The notes below the pieces were generated by a model that saw only the letters and a program-made list of their open reading frames with translations, was not told the origin of the DNA and ran no database searches. The position numbers and the translations under genes are program-made. Below are positions 1 through 10,508 of a stretch of 64,000 nucleotides of DNA, piece by piece (the stretch's first letter is position 1; each line of letters starts with the position of its first letter). The stretch is from assembly GCA_000004985.1 (NCBI GenBank), contig GG738877.1; one strand, 5' to 3'. The DNA comes from Naegleria gruberi. Lineage: Eukaryota.

Positions 1-2
1 AA

Positions 3-236
3 GGTGTAGCTCCAAAAATTTATGAATCTGCCATCAATAAGAGAAACCACTATGAAGATATTTACAGTAGAGTTTGGACTCACTGCCAAAGATGCCAAGG
101 TAGTTTGCACTCTGATGTTCTTTGTACAAATAGAGATTGTCCAGTCTTTTATATGAGAAAGAAAGTACAAAAAGAATTGGCAGACAATCAAGAAATTCTT
201 AACCGATTCGATGAAGAAGTTATTCATGATTTTTAA
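3..236 (+). CDS. DNA polymerase delta catalytic subunit, extreme C-terminus (5'-truncated by window edge)
   Basis: Frame open from the window edge to TAA at 234-236. It translates to ...YSRVWTHCQRCQGSLHSDVLCTNRDCPVFYMRKKVQKELADNQEILNRFDEEVIHDF, matching the CysB zinc-finger tail of Pol delta (…CxxC…CTSRDCPIFYMRKK…). It has no in-window start, so it is absent from the ORF track. Confidence 0.55.
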   Translation, partial: GVAPKIYESAINKRNHYEDIYSRVWTHCQRCQGSLHSDVLCTNRDCPVFYMRKKVQKELADNQEILNRFDEEVIHDF

Positions 237-501
237 TCTCATGGTGTTGATTGTATCTCACCTAAACGAATTCAAAATAATGAATAAGACAACTACTTAG
301 ATAAATTTCCATTTAAATTATTAAACCCATCTTACAATAGATTTCCTCAAATCCATTTCACTAACTTGTAAAATCTGATTGGTGTTGCTTTACTTTCAAT
401 ACCTTTAGATATTTCCAATTTTATTTGGAGATGACTTAATCGTTTCGAATAAACATAATCACCATTCGGAGAGACATGTTGTTCATTATGTATAAATAAT
501 T

Positions 502-1497
502 CTAAAAGACAAAATCATTAAACATGAAAATAAATGTTTCTATAGATGCCTTAATCTCGGCAACGTTTCTCTTATCTTTTGGGTTGTCATGGTACCCGTT
601 AATTCCTCCTACATCCAGATATTTCAAAGACCTAGAAATAGTCTTATTGTTGACTAATGCTCTACATACTTCCAAGTTCGAAGCATGGATTTTTAACTTT
701 TCCAGTTGAAGAGTGCATTTGATATTCAAGACTTTATCCCTATCTTCAATTCTATAACAAGAGAATTCCAATTCTTTCAAATTTACCCAGACAGAATTAG
801 TAAGTATATTTGAAAAATCCTGTTCTTGTATCCAAATTTTAAGGACAAGCTTTCTCAAATTAGAAAAAAGCTGGTTCCTGCACATTAGTTGAATGTCTTC
901 TGTTTTTACATGTTCAAAATCCAATGTTAATTCACTTAAATTACATAAGTTGAATGTCCCTAAACTAGCAATTCCAAAATTATTAAACTCATTATTAGAC
1001 AAAGTAAGGGTTTTGAGTTTTTTCAAAAATGGGCTGTTAAAAATATCTGACAGACCTGCATTGCCCAACTTGTGTGAAGAAATCGCCAAAATTTCCAAAT
1101 TGGAAAATGTTTCACAATTAGCAATCAGCCCAATCTCATCCCCAAGACTCATATCTTCGTAACTATTTTCCTCATCCATAAATCCTTCAAACCTACTCAA
1201 ATTCGTCAAATGCAATTCTTTCAAATTTTTCAAATGAGGATTTTGAATAAATTTTCTAAAGCCTTCTAACTTTATATTTTCCATTACAGCCAACTTGGAA
1301 ACATGCTCCATCAATCTGTTCTCGGTAATTTTACAGAATTTAGGAAAATCTCTGAACAATGATAATTCAATCTGGTGAAAATGTTTACTAGCTTCTAGCC
1401 AAGATTTAGAAATAATTCGTAAACTGAAGGCCTCGTTTCCTCCGATCAATTCCATAACTATTAGGCAAATGTCAGGAATAAAAATCTCTGTTTGCAT
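502..1497 (-). CDS. F-box-like / leucine-rich-repeat protein
   Basis: ATG-initiated 331-aa ORF. The N-terminal segment IPDICLIVMELIGG…LRIISKSWLEASKHF is F-box-like and is followed by repeated LxxLxLxxN LRR units (NLKELHLTNLS, NLEILAISSHKLGNAG, LKTLTLSNNEFNNFG, NLSELTLDFEH). Confidence 0.45.
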   Translation of the reverse strand: MQTEIFIPDICLIVMELIGGNEAFSLRIISKSWLEASKHFHQIELSLFRDFPKFCKITENRLMEHVSKLAVMENIKLEGFRKFIQNPHLKNLKELHLTNLSRFEGFMDEENSYEDMSLGDEIGLIANCETFSNLEILAISSHKLGNAGLSDIFNSPFLKKLKTLTLSNNEFNNFGIASLGTFNLCNLSELTLDFEHVKTEDIQLMCRNQLFSNLRKLVLKIWIQEQDFSNILTNSVWVNLKELEFSCYRIEDRDKVLNIKCTLQLEKLKIHASNLEVCRALVNNKTISRSLKYLDVGGINGYHDNPKDKRNVAEIKASIETFIFMFNDFVF

Positions 1498-1537
1498 TTT
1501 TTTTGTAAAATTAAAAAAACTCTAATGAATTTCCAAG

Positions 1538-2986
1538 TTATTCCAATAATGAGTACTTTCTTTCAACTTCTGAGAGTTGTTGTCGTAATTGATCTATTTT
1601 GAGTTTAAGATTCTGACAAATATAATCATTCATGAACAATTCGTTGTCATCATCGTTAATGTCTATTGTCACTAGAAAATCCTCTTGCAAGTTAGAAGAG
1701 TTTTCTTTGTAGGAAGATATTGAACAGCTTGATTTTTCAAGTCCAAGTTTCGTTTCGATTTCTTCTTCATCAATGAATTGAATTTGCTTGCTTTCGAATG
1801 GTAATTCATCCAGTGATTCTAATGACTGAGTAACTGGCATTTCCGACAAACCTGCAATGGAGGATGTTAAAGGTTTGTTTTCCATACCCTGTTTTGTTAG
1901 CATGTTATCTCTAATTAACATTTGTTCAACAAGGTTTCTTTCTTTCATAAGCTCCTCAACTTTGTTAAATACATCATTTTTTTCATCCCCTATTATTTCA
2001 TAACTATTTGGATTGAGATATGATTCGTGTAGACCTATTGATTGCAAACGTGACAGAACACTCTGTCTAAACATTTCATCAAGATGATCATCGCCTGAAT
2101 CTATCAAAATATTGCTTTTTTCAGTAGAAACTGAGTTTGAGATTATTGAATCCAAATTCTTAACTTCAGTACTTTCTAGAGCCATTCTACTAATTTCTTT
2201 AATATCAAAATCAATTGCATCTATGGAATCGATTGATTCTTTAATAGAATTATCACCCTGTTTGAAATTAGATGCCTTTTTCTTCCTAGATGGTAATATT
2301 TCATCCAAAATAATATTTGTATCCAATTTACCTAAATTGTCAAGATCGTCCAGACCCTTCCGTTCAGTCCTTTTTGTGGGTGGTGCTGTTCTGAACCTCT
2401 TAATATATTCTGCAATTCTTGCTGGTCTGGTTGAACCCTGTTTTTCCACATACCTCGGACTTGACTTTAACGATTCATGTGAGCTATTACCACTCTTTCC
2501 TCCAATCGATTGGTTACTTGAAATTGAATCTCTTAAATCTCTTTCTCTTTGTTTTTTGAGAGGCATCGAATCTCTTGACAAAGTTAATTCATGATTTGAT
2601 TTTGCTGAAGAAAAGCTATTCCTACTACTAGAAGTTGAACCAAGCTCATTTAAAGACTGTGCTTGATCATTTACAGACATTACTTCCATATCCTCATCTT
2701 CATCCAACATGAAAGAAAGAGATTCCTTCTCATCATTCTCTTCATCTTCCTCTCCAATATAATGAAAATTTAATTGTTCATCCTTAGATTGCTTCTGAAC
2801 AGGAAGCTTGCTTGAATCCTCCCTAGATGATAAAGAATTACTTGAACCCCTCATTGCCTTACTAGAATTATTAAACTCGAAATTCCTTTGTTCAAACTCC
2901 ACCGATGATGAAGGGAACTTTTGAATTCTCATCTCTTGCTCCGAAATTACCCTTGAAGAAGTTGTTGGTCTTCCATTTCTAAACAT
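1538..2986 (-). CDS. hypothetical Ser-rich protein with C-terminal coiled coil
   Basis: 482-aa ORF starting at ATG (plus 2984-2986 = cat). The sequence is low-complexity S/E/D-rich with a heptad-like C-terminus (LKLKIDQLRQQLSEVERKYSLLE). No recognisable domain was found. Confidence 0.4.
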   Translation of the reverse strand: MFRNGRPTTSSRVISEQEMRIQKFPSSSVEFEQRNFEFNNSSKAMRGSSNSLSSREDSSKLPVQKQSKDEQLNFHYIGEEDEENDEKESLSFMLDEDEDMEVMSVNDQAQSLNELGSTSSSRNSFSSAKSNHELTLSRDSMPLKKQRERDLRDSISSNQSIGGKSGNSSHESLKSSPRYVEKQGSTRPARIAEYIKRFRTAPPTKRTERKGLDDLDNLGKLDTNIILDEILPSRKKKASNFKQGDNSIKESIDSIDAIDFDIKEISRMALESTEVKNLDSIISNSVSTEKSNILIDSGDDHLDEMFRQSVLSRLQSIGLHESYLNPNSYEIIGDEKNDVFNKVEELMKERNLVEQMLIRDNMLTKQGMENKPLTSSIAGLSEMPVTQSLESLDELPFESKQIQFIDEEEIETKLGLEKSSCSISSYKENSSNLQEDFLVTIDINDDDNELFMNDYICQNLKLKIDQLRQQLSEVERKYSLLE

Positions 2987-3135
2987 TTTTTAATTCTTTT
3001 CAAAATATTGGCGCCAAAACAGAATGTATGTGATGGAACAAGTTATTTTGTTTTTCCATCCAGCATTCGAACTCTATCAACACAAGCTTTTATGCTTCAA
3101 CCAAAAATTATTAAAAAAAATTGTCCCATTCAGTG

Positions 3136-4530
3136 ATGGCCCGTTATTCAACACGTTCTGCTAACGTTGTTGCAAAAAACAAGAAGAAAAACTACAATTC
3201 TGTAGAAATAAGTGATGAGAGTAGCGATTGCTCTTCGGAGTCGTCACTTGATGATAGTATTATTGTATCCGATGAAGAGGAAGAAGCTACAAATGTAAGA
3301 AATGATGAAGAGGAAGAAGAAGAATATGAGAGTGATGAAGAGGAAGTTGACAATGTGGAAACTAATGATGAGGAGGGTGATTCTATGATAAAACCAATTT
3401 TAATTGATGATGATGAAGAAGAAGAAATTGTCCAACTCTCTCCAGCACATCAGTTAGACCTTGATGATGATGATGTTGTGGTTGTGACTGGTTTAAATAC
3501 ACCAAAGACACCTTCCCAAGATGATAATACTATCACACAACATGAAGAAGAAGAATCCAATTCTAATAGAATGCACGATGATATCACGCATGAAATGGGA
3601 GGATTAGATAGACCAGAGCTTGAAGAAGTACTGGCAGAAGCTAATCAATTACCATCTGATCATGAAGATGATCAATTCACAACACTTCCACCAAACATTA
3701 TAATTCCTCAACAAACATTTAACAACTCAAAAACCTCATCATCAAATCAATACCCCTCCAATTCCTCACCATCTTCCTCAAATTCTAGTAAGGAAATCTT
3801 CTCTTCAACCTCATCAACTCCTAATGTAATCAATAATTCCACCACTCCTACTACTAACAGTTTCAACTCATCAGAGAAGAAAACCAACAATGATTGCACA
3901 TTGGATTTACCTCCAAACTCTAAAAAAACATCAATGACACCTCCAAGAGAAATTCTCATGCCAGATGAAACTCAACACTCACAAACTCCACACTCAAATA
4001 TTATTCCACAATCTCCTCATCCATCACCATATACTCCTTCCTGTACAATATTCAATTCACCAATAACTTCACCATCATCATCTCAATATTCCCTTAATAA
4101 TTCCCAATATTCCCCTCAATCCCTTCCAACTCATCTCAATAGTAATAGTCAAACTGAATCATTAATTCAATCCCGAAAGAGTTTACCCTCAATTAGTTTC
4201 GGCCTCTCAGAAATATTCAAGAGTAGAACTATGACTCCAATTCAATATAGAAGAGATAGCCAACAATTAGATTATCAAGATGATGACGAAAAGAAAGAGG
4301 AAGATGATGAATTATGGCCAGAAATTAATAATTCATTTATACACAAGGCCAAAACATCAAGTAGTGAAAGAAGAGTTGTTCGTCATCCTTCCTTGGAAAA
4401 ACAATTTGAAAAGGAACAAAAACAACAAAGAGAACTAAAGAGGAATCTGAAAAAGAGAGTAGAAACCGATGCATGGGATCCAAATATTCATTCGGATTCA
4501 AAAAGAAAAAAGAAAAAGACTAAAAAATAA
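3136..4530 (+). CDS. hypothetical acidic Ser/Pro-rich protein
   Basis: The track ORF 3121-4530 begins at TTG, and the first ATG is at 3136 (MARYSTRSANVV…). It contains long D/E runs and S/T/P/N-rich tracts. No domain was recognised. Confidence 0.4.
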   Translation: MARYSTRSANVVAKNKKKNYNSVEISDESSDCSSESSLDDSIIVSDEEEEATNVRNDEEEEEEYESDEEEVDNVETNDEEGDSMIKPILIDDDEEEEIVQLSPAHQLDLDDDDVVVVTGLNTPKTPSQDDNTITQHEEEESNSNRMHDDITHEMGGLDRPELEEVLAEANQLPSDHEDDQFTTLPPNIIIPQQTFNNSKTSSSNQYPSNSSPSSSNSSKEIFSSTSSTPNVINNSTTPTTNSFNSSEKKTNNDCTLDLPPNSKKTSMTPPREILMPDETQHSQTPHSNIIPQSPHPSPYTPSCTIFNSPITSPSSSQYSLNNSQYSPQSLPTHLNSNSQTESLIQSRKSLPSISFGLSEIFKSRTMTPIQYRRDSQQLDYQDDDEKKEEDDELWPEINNSFIHKAKTSSSERRVVRHPSLEKQFEKEQKQQRELKRNLKKRVETDAWDPNIHSDSKRKKKKTKK

Positions 4531-4686
4531 ACCTTACTCTATTCATTAAATTGATATTTAATATAATAATATTATTCGCCTTATTCTGCTGCAAAACTTT
4601 CTCATGCGACAATGAAAGTTTCAAGTGGGTATGGAACTTGTCTCAACTAATTTATTTTAAAAGATCAATAACATTACAATAAAAAA

Positions 4687-5319
4687 ATGGAACAAGATGA
4701 GGAGAAAACCATCCTAAAACTTGATCATCACATCGGATCTAGAGTTTTAACTAATTTTTATAGGACCACTGCCAAGTTTGCCAAGTTGGAAAGTAAACTA
4801 ATCAACTATTCGCAATATCTTTCACTATTCAAGGGTGAATTAAATATTCACTCAAGTACAAAATTATTATTCAGATCGAGTAGAGATGGATTTTCACTTT
4901 CTGATTTTCATTCTCGATGCGACAATCAACCAAAACTTGTAATTATTGTCAAGGCACAAAGGGGAGAGTTATTTGGAGGATACACAAGTCAGAATATCAA
5001 CGTAGCATTGAATTGTTCATCTGACTCTGTGAGGGATAATGATTCCTTTACTTTTCAATTTGGTGGCGAAAAATTGTACGTTTTCAGATTGTTGCCTTCG
5101 AGATTGGAACATGCATTGCATCGATATTCTTCAAGCTATCTTTTTGCTTTTTCTTTCTCTTTCTGGATTGGTGACAATGCCAACCATCAGACACTATCCA
5201 GTTCACATGGCCAAACAGAAGAAAATATTCTTCCTGAAGGTAGATTACCACCAGGGAAACAGTATTTTGGTGGAATGAATTTTCTTATTGAGGACATGGA
5301 GGTTTTCAAGATTGAGTAA
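4687..5319 (+). CDS. TLDc-domain protein
   Basis: 210-aa ATG ORF. The motif LLFRSSRDGFSLSDFHSRCDNQPKLVIIVKAQRGELFGGYTSQ and the C-terminal …LIEDMEVFKIE are typical of the TLDc (OXR1/NCOA7/TBC1D24-type) domain. Confidence 0.5.
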   Translation: MEQDEEKTILKLDHHIGSRVLTNFYRTTAKFAKLESKLINYSQYLSLFKGELNIHSSTKLLFRSSRDGFSLSDFHSRCDNQPKLVIIVKAQRGELFGGYTSQNINVALNCSSDSVRDNDSFTFQFGGEKLYVFRLLPSRLEHALHRYSSSYLFAFSFSFWIGDNANHQTLSSSHGQTEENILPEGRLPPGKQYFGGMNFLIEDMEVFKIE

Positions 5320-6071
5320 TAAAGAAAAGAGAGTGTTGGCTCAATCAACTGTGTAAAGTTCATAAATTATTTTTTGAATTGTCCCAACAGAAGGGAATTC
5401 AAAAATTTGCAATGTGGATTAGTGTGAAATTAGTGGAATTTTTTGTAGAAGGTGATTAGACGAAACCTGTTCGTTTAAATGTTGGAGAATTTGAGTTAAA
5501 CCGTATTAATAAAGATATTTATTCAGTTTTACTATCAAGAGATAATTACTCAATCCCAATACTTGCCAAACATACTCAGATTCCCTAGTAATTTTGTAGA
5601 AATTGAGAAATTGGAAGAAATTAACTACAAAAGTGATGACTTGTATTTACTTATTTGATAAGAGGAGAATAAAAGTTTCTAACAGTATTATCGGAAAAGC
5701 AAGATGAGAGAATAGAATTAATTTGACAAACTCCTATTACGAATATATTGACACTCATCCTTAGTACACTATTCCCCAAGCCATAAATATTAGAGACTCA
5801 CCATGAACAAGAAGAAAACCTTAAACGACGACATTCACACGTGTGTTTGAAAAATTTAAACAACCTCCATGAATGTTGTTGCCTTTCATTATAATACGTT
5901 CACAATAAGTCTTTGAGTAAAAAAATTCCACGATGATTATTTACTGTTAATTGGATAATTATTTGAGGGTGAACCAATCCCAACCACAATCATCCATTCC
6001 TAAAAGAGAAAGTGAACGAACACAACAAGATAAATTGGGAGGAAAAGACAAAATTCACTACACATAAAAAA

Positions 6072-7578
6072 ATGCACCCACATCATCACCTGCCAGCACA
6101 TTCATCATCAACACACCAACAATTTAATGTTTCATTATCGAGTAGCCTTCGAAGATTATCCGAATCTACTTCATGTTTACTGTTAATTATCATTGCGAGT
6201 ATTGTGCTACTACAATCAATGAATGTTGTTTATGGAGCATTTCCTGCTAATAATATGGAAGTGATTGGAGGTGGAGGAACCTTTGCAGAAGAAGTTCAGT
6301 ACGTATCAGTTTCTTTCTTTTTCTAATATTCGAAACTTTATAGCAAAGGATGTGGTCAATCATTCTTTATTAAACATTTTTCAAATAACATTGAAATGAA
6401 TTACAATGCTACAGGTAAATATTGTCACATTTCAATTTCTAATACTTTCGAATAGGTAGTGGTACTGGTTTATTGAACTTGATCAATTATACATCAACAC
6501 CTTTCGATTATGCAGCTGGTGAATTAATTCCAACCGATGCTCAATATGCTGCTAATCCAGGTTTACAATTACTTCCATTTATTGGTGTAAACGTTTTAGT
6601 TGTTTTCAATTTACCTGGAATTTCTTCTTTAACCTTAAATAGACAAGTAATTGTTGACATTTTTGCTGCTCGTGTGACGTAGGTATTTTTTTACTGTTTT
6701 TGATTTAGTTTACAATTAAAGTAAATGGAATGATGCTTCAATTGCTGCATTAAATCCTTCAATTACTTTGCCAGATGCCAAAATTAAAAGAGTTGTGAGA
6801 TCTGACAGTTCAGGTACTACTGAACTTTTCACATCTGCATTGGCTGCATTTGCTTCAAGTACTGGAGTTTCATGGACACCTGGTGTGCAAAGTATTTTAA
6901 CATGGCCAAGTGAAGCATCAGATAATATCTCAAAACAAAAAGGTACATCTGGTATTTCAAATTACTTGTACCAAACTCCATATACTATTGCATATAATAC
7001 ACCTTCTGCTGTATTTTCATTCACATCAGCAACTATTATTAACAAGTATGGAACTCCAGTTGATGCTTCTGAAACAACTTGTAAGAATGCCATGACAGAT
7101 TTTCAAGATGCATTCGATTCTAAATTCTCTGCAACAATTGTAGATGCTCCAGGTCAAAATTCATATCCAATCTCTGGTTATTCATATCTTATTTATAAGA
7201 GTTCATCAATTGAAGAGTAAGTAGTTGTGAGATGATATTTCATTTATTAACATTTTTAATAGATGTAGCTTGGCTCAAGTCTTGTACAGATATTTCTCTT
7301 ATTTATATAGTGGAAATGTTGATACAATTATTACTGCTGCAAGCTTTGTTCCATTACCAAATAATGTTAAATCTAAAGCACAAGCAACTTTGGATAAATG
7401 GGTTTGTTCCTCGGGCGAAACTGCAGTGACATCTGAAATTGAGATTGTTGCAGTTGTCTTGTTATCTATTGCTGGTGGTTTTGTTTCGGTTGTTTCTCTA
7501 GGTATTGTTTTTGGTGTTTCAGTATATGCTCAATGGAAGAAGAGAAAGGATAGTGAAGAATCTACTGAAACTGACTAA
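6072..7578 (+). CDS. PstS-type (PBP type II / DING-like) phosphate-binding-domain protein with signal/TM start and C-terminal TM anchor; 4 exons
   Basis: Exons are 6072-6298, 6460-6678, 6722-7216 and 7311-7578. The introns (161, 43 and 94 nt) have GTACGT, GTAGGT and GTAAGT donors and AG acceptors. The phases agree with the track ORF frames, and the total is 1209 nt (402 aa). Hydrophobic N-terminus (CLLLIIIASIVLLQS) is followed by VIGGGGTFAEEV (cf. PstS ITGAGATFP and DING DINGGGATLP). Exon 3 ([42 protein letters not shown]) aligns closely with E. coli PstS [42 protein letters not shown]. Ours has [12 protein letters not shown] where PstS has WPITSTTFILIHK. The last exon encodes a TM helix (IVAVVLLSIAGGFVSVVSLGIVFGV) and a short basic tail. 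Confidence 0.6.
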
Positions 7579-7604
7579 GCCCATTTTATTGTACAATATA
7601 AATT

Positions 7605-9977
7605 TTATTGCATGAAATTATTAATTGACCTTAATCCATAGATTATCTCAACTTGCTTTCTTGCTTCGATTGCTAATAAACAAATGTGAATTTTTTCCCT
7701 CGTTCTTAATTTCACACCAGTATTTACAAATTGCTCCTTGGTACATCTTTCTGGATAGCAAACAACAGTCTTGATGTACTTTTTAAGATCAATATTAAGA
7801 AGCTTGTTGACCTTTTCATAATTGAAATCATCATGAGACACACCAAATAGTCTGTGAACATAACACCATATAGCAGCTCTGAATGAAGTCGTATCTACAT
7901 CCTTGATATCATAACATCTATTATCTGTCATGTTATAAATAAACTCAAACTCAGTATCTAATAAATCAGCAGCACCATAGTAAAATCTACTCAATAAAGA
8001 GAATGCATTTTCTTCCCAATTGAAATCATGAATAGAAGTAGTTTCATATTCCTTATTCTTTACATCAAAATCTTTGTAAGTAAAGTCATACTTGTTATGT
8101 TTGTACTTTTTAAGTTTAAGTGAGCGTTCTCTATTGTTAGAGTTTCGTTTGTAAACACCAGATGTGTTAGAGCTTATAAAGGTATGTCCTGCACTTGGTA
8201 TCAGACCCTCACTATCTGATTTCTTTGTGGCTCCTTTCATCATATCCTGTTTTTGAGCTTCCCAGAAAGTAACTGATGCAAAGTTTGGCGTTGAGAAGCA
8301 ATCAAAGTTGTTATAATTACTATATAAATGGTTTGGTACAATTTTAGATGAGTTGTCATTAGTTTCAGTACATTCAAAAGCTTTTTCTCTTTGATGTTTG
8401 TCTATTGGTGTATCGTCATCATCAGCAGTCCTTGTTAATGTTTCAACAAGCCTTTGAGTTTCATTCTTTTGTCTTTGTTTTGATTCCTCACTTTCAGTAA
8501 CAGAGCTGATAATATCTGCAATTGGTGTATCATCATCATCTGGTAAAATACCAATACCATAAATGAATCCCGACAGTGCATGGAAATGAGTCATTATTAT
8601 TACAGCATGAACTAGCTCGGCCATAGTCCATGCATTTTCTCCAACACCATTATTGCTTACTAATTCAGAGATGCTATCTTCATTAAGCATCCATGGCATG
8701 TGGCAAAGTAGTGAATTGAATTTCAATAACTTTTTCAGCTTTTGTGGAATAAACTCGATTCCTTTCAACCACTCCTCATTTCCACCATTTAGTAAAAATT
8801 CTACTTCAAGTCTTCTCACTAAATATTTACAACTATGTCTTGATGCAGCCAAAATAGCAATGTAAGATCTCCAATCTAATGGCAGAGGACCGTTTGATTT
8901 CATCAAAAAATTATATGACTTGTAGTAAATCTCTGCAAAATGGGCGTGTGTGAAAAGAGCTTGAGAAAGATGAGGAATCACACCATTATCAATGAAAATA
9001 GTTTTGAAATGTTCTTGAATGATATGTAAATCATTGAATTGATCACTACCTGATGCCATTTTGTAAATTGGTTTGAAAGAAAGTGGTGAAAAGAATTGAG
9101 AAATTGCTCTCAAATGTCCCGAATTGCAATCTACTTTTTGAATACATTTTACACCATAATTCTTATCTAAATCCTCAATTAATTTTAAAAAGGTTGTTGA
9201 AATATCCTCAAAAGGACTCTCATAAGCAAATCTAGATATAAGAGGAGAATATCTTTGGAAGAAGAGACTTGGCTTCAATGAATCTTCATCATCTCCTGTA
9301 TCCGCTGCATAATTTCGTTCCTTCCAAAGTTTAGCATGGTTTAATATTATTTGTATAACATTATTAATTCCAATCCTTCGTTTCTCAGCTGATTATAAAT
9401 TCATCATTAAATTATTAGCAAATCAAAGAACAAACATACCAATTGGATGTAATATTTGTCTAAAAAAGTGATTTTCTGATAATAAAACACCTTCATCATA
9501 CTCATCAGAGTAAATTTCGTAAATATCAAAGGGATGGTGTGAATCGTGGGTGTGATTAGGTGTTTTAATAGAATGTTGTTGATGTTTAGAATTGTGAACA
9601 GTATTAGTTTGATGTTGATGTTCTTCATCACGTAAACCATTAGGAGAAAAGACAGAATCATCCTCGTGTTGATCGTTAGAGTTACTCAGCCACTGTGGTT
9701 CTTCATCATCATCATGTTTTTGAAACAATTGTTGAGAATTATCCATTAAATGATGACTTTCAGAAGGAGATGTCATTGGTATGGAAGAAGAGAGCCAATC
9801 TGGAGTGCCACCACTGTGATGACTTCCCTGTGTTGGGGATTGTATAAATGATGATGAAGAAATATCAACAGCCAACGATGATAGTGAGAATGGATTGTTG
9901 GGTGATGTGTTGATATTAAGTCGTGAGTTATTATTATTATTCGCTTGATGATTTGATGATGAAGGAAAACCAAACAT
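7605..9977 (-). CDS. Sestrin homolog; 2 exons
   Basis: Exon A is 9440-9977, from the first ATG of track ORF 9423-10067 (itself TTG-initiated) to a GTATGT donor. A 51-nt intron spans 9389-9439, and exon B is 7605-9388. The combined length is 2322 nt (773 aa). The segment LPLDWRSYIAILAASRHSCKYLV…EWLKGIEFIPQKLKKLLKFNSLLCHMPWML…AWTMAELVHAVIIMTHFHALSGFIYGIGILPDDDD aligns with human SESN2 WRHYIAIMAAARHQCSYLV…[30 protein letters not shown]…[33 protein letters not shown]. The C-terminal segment (…RAAIWCYVHRLFGVSHDDFNYEKVNKLL…YIKTVVCYPERCTKEQF) also matches. The N-terminal 180 aa is an N/H/S-rich extension. Confidence 0.75.
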
Positions 9978-10508
9978 TTTGTTGTTGATCCGAAAAGATG
10001 ATTCAAAGTTGAATGTCTTCACAAAGACTCTTTTTATCGGAGGACTTTGTGTGTGATTATTGGACAATTTAATTTAGATAATAATATGAAGTCTGGACTT
10101 TAAACTTTGGTCTGACTTGATAATTATCAACACCTTTTCTCTCTATCTTTTGCTTTTTTCTTGTTGTGTGATGAACAAAAATAGACAATTTTTTTAAAGC
10201 TTAATACTCTATAGAATTGCACCACCACAGTAAATGATAACACTCTTGGGTAGCTTACATACCACAACTATAAACACTTATAAATTTCTCGGGAATAAGA
10301 TAACAATGTAAAAAGATATTTGGAGTTGGAAAATTGAAATTTTACGTCTTCATTTCTTGAAATGATTTCAATGGAATGAGATGAGGAAAATTCCAGCTAT
10401 CGTGTCACATCAAAATTAGTGTGCTTTCATAATTTGGCGCCAAAACAAACTACAATATTGAGATGAATTGCGTTAGAAAACTTCAAGAAAAAAAACAATT
10501 GATTTGAA

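Noticed and set aside
2112-2594. Internal, antisense or alternate-frame small ORFs nested in larger genes (for example 2112-2594, 3747-3959, 8653-8865, 9773-10006, 10606-11253 set, 11424-11726, 33781-34233, 38291-38791, 40344-40793, 57458-57697, 58568-58891)
   Set aside because: They lie wholly inside longer, homology-supported or ATG-initiated ORFs, in low-complexity regions where both strands stay open. There is no independent support.
3121-3135. Track 'M' start codons at 3121, 6012, 6768, 9278, 10067, 19060, 22630, 29611, 35022, 36495, 36555, 39939, 42820, 48253, 49650 and 55403
   Set aside because: On inspection these are TTG or GTG codons that the ORF finder rendered as M. Starts were moved to the first in-frame ATG or explained by upstream exons.
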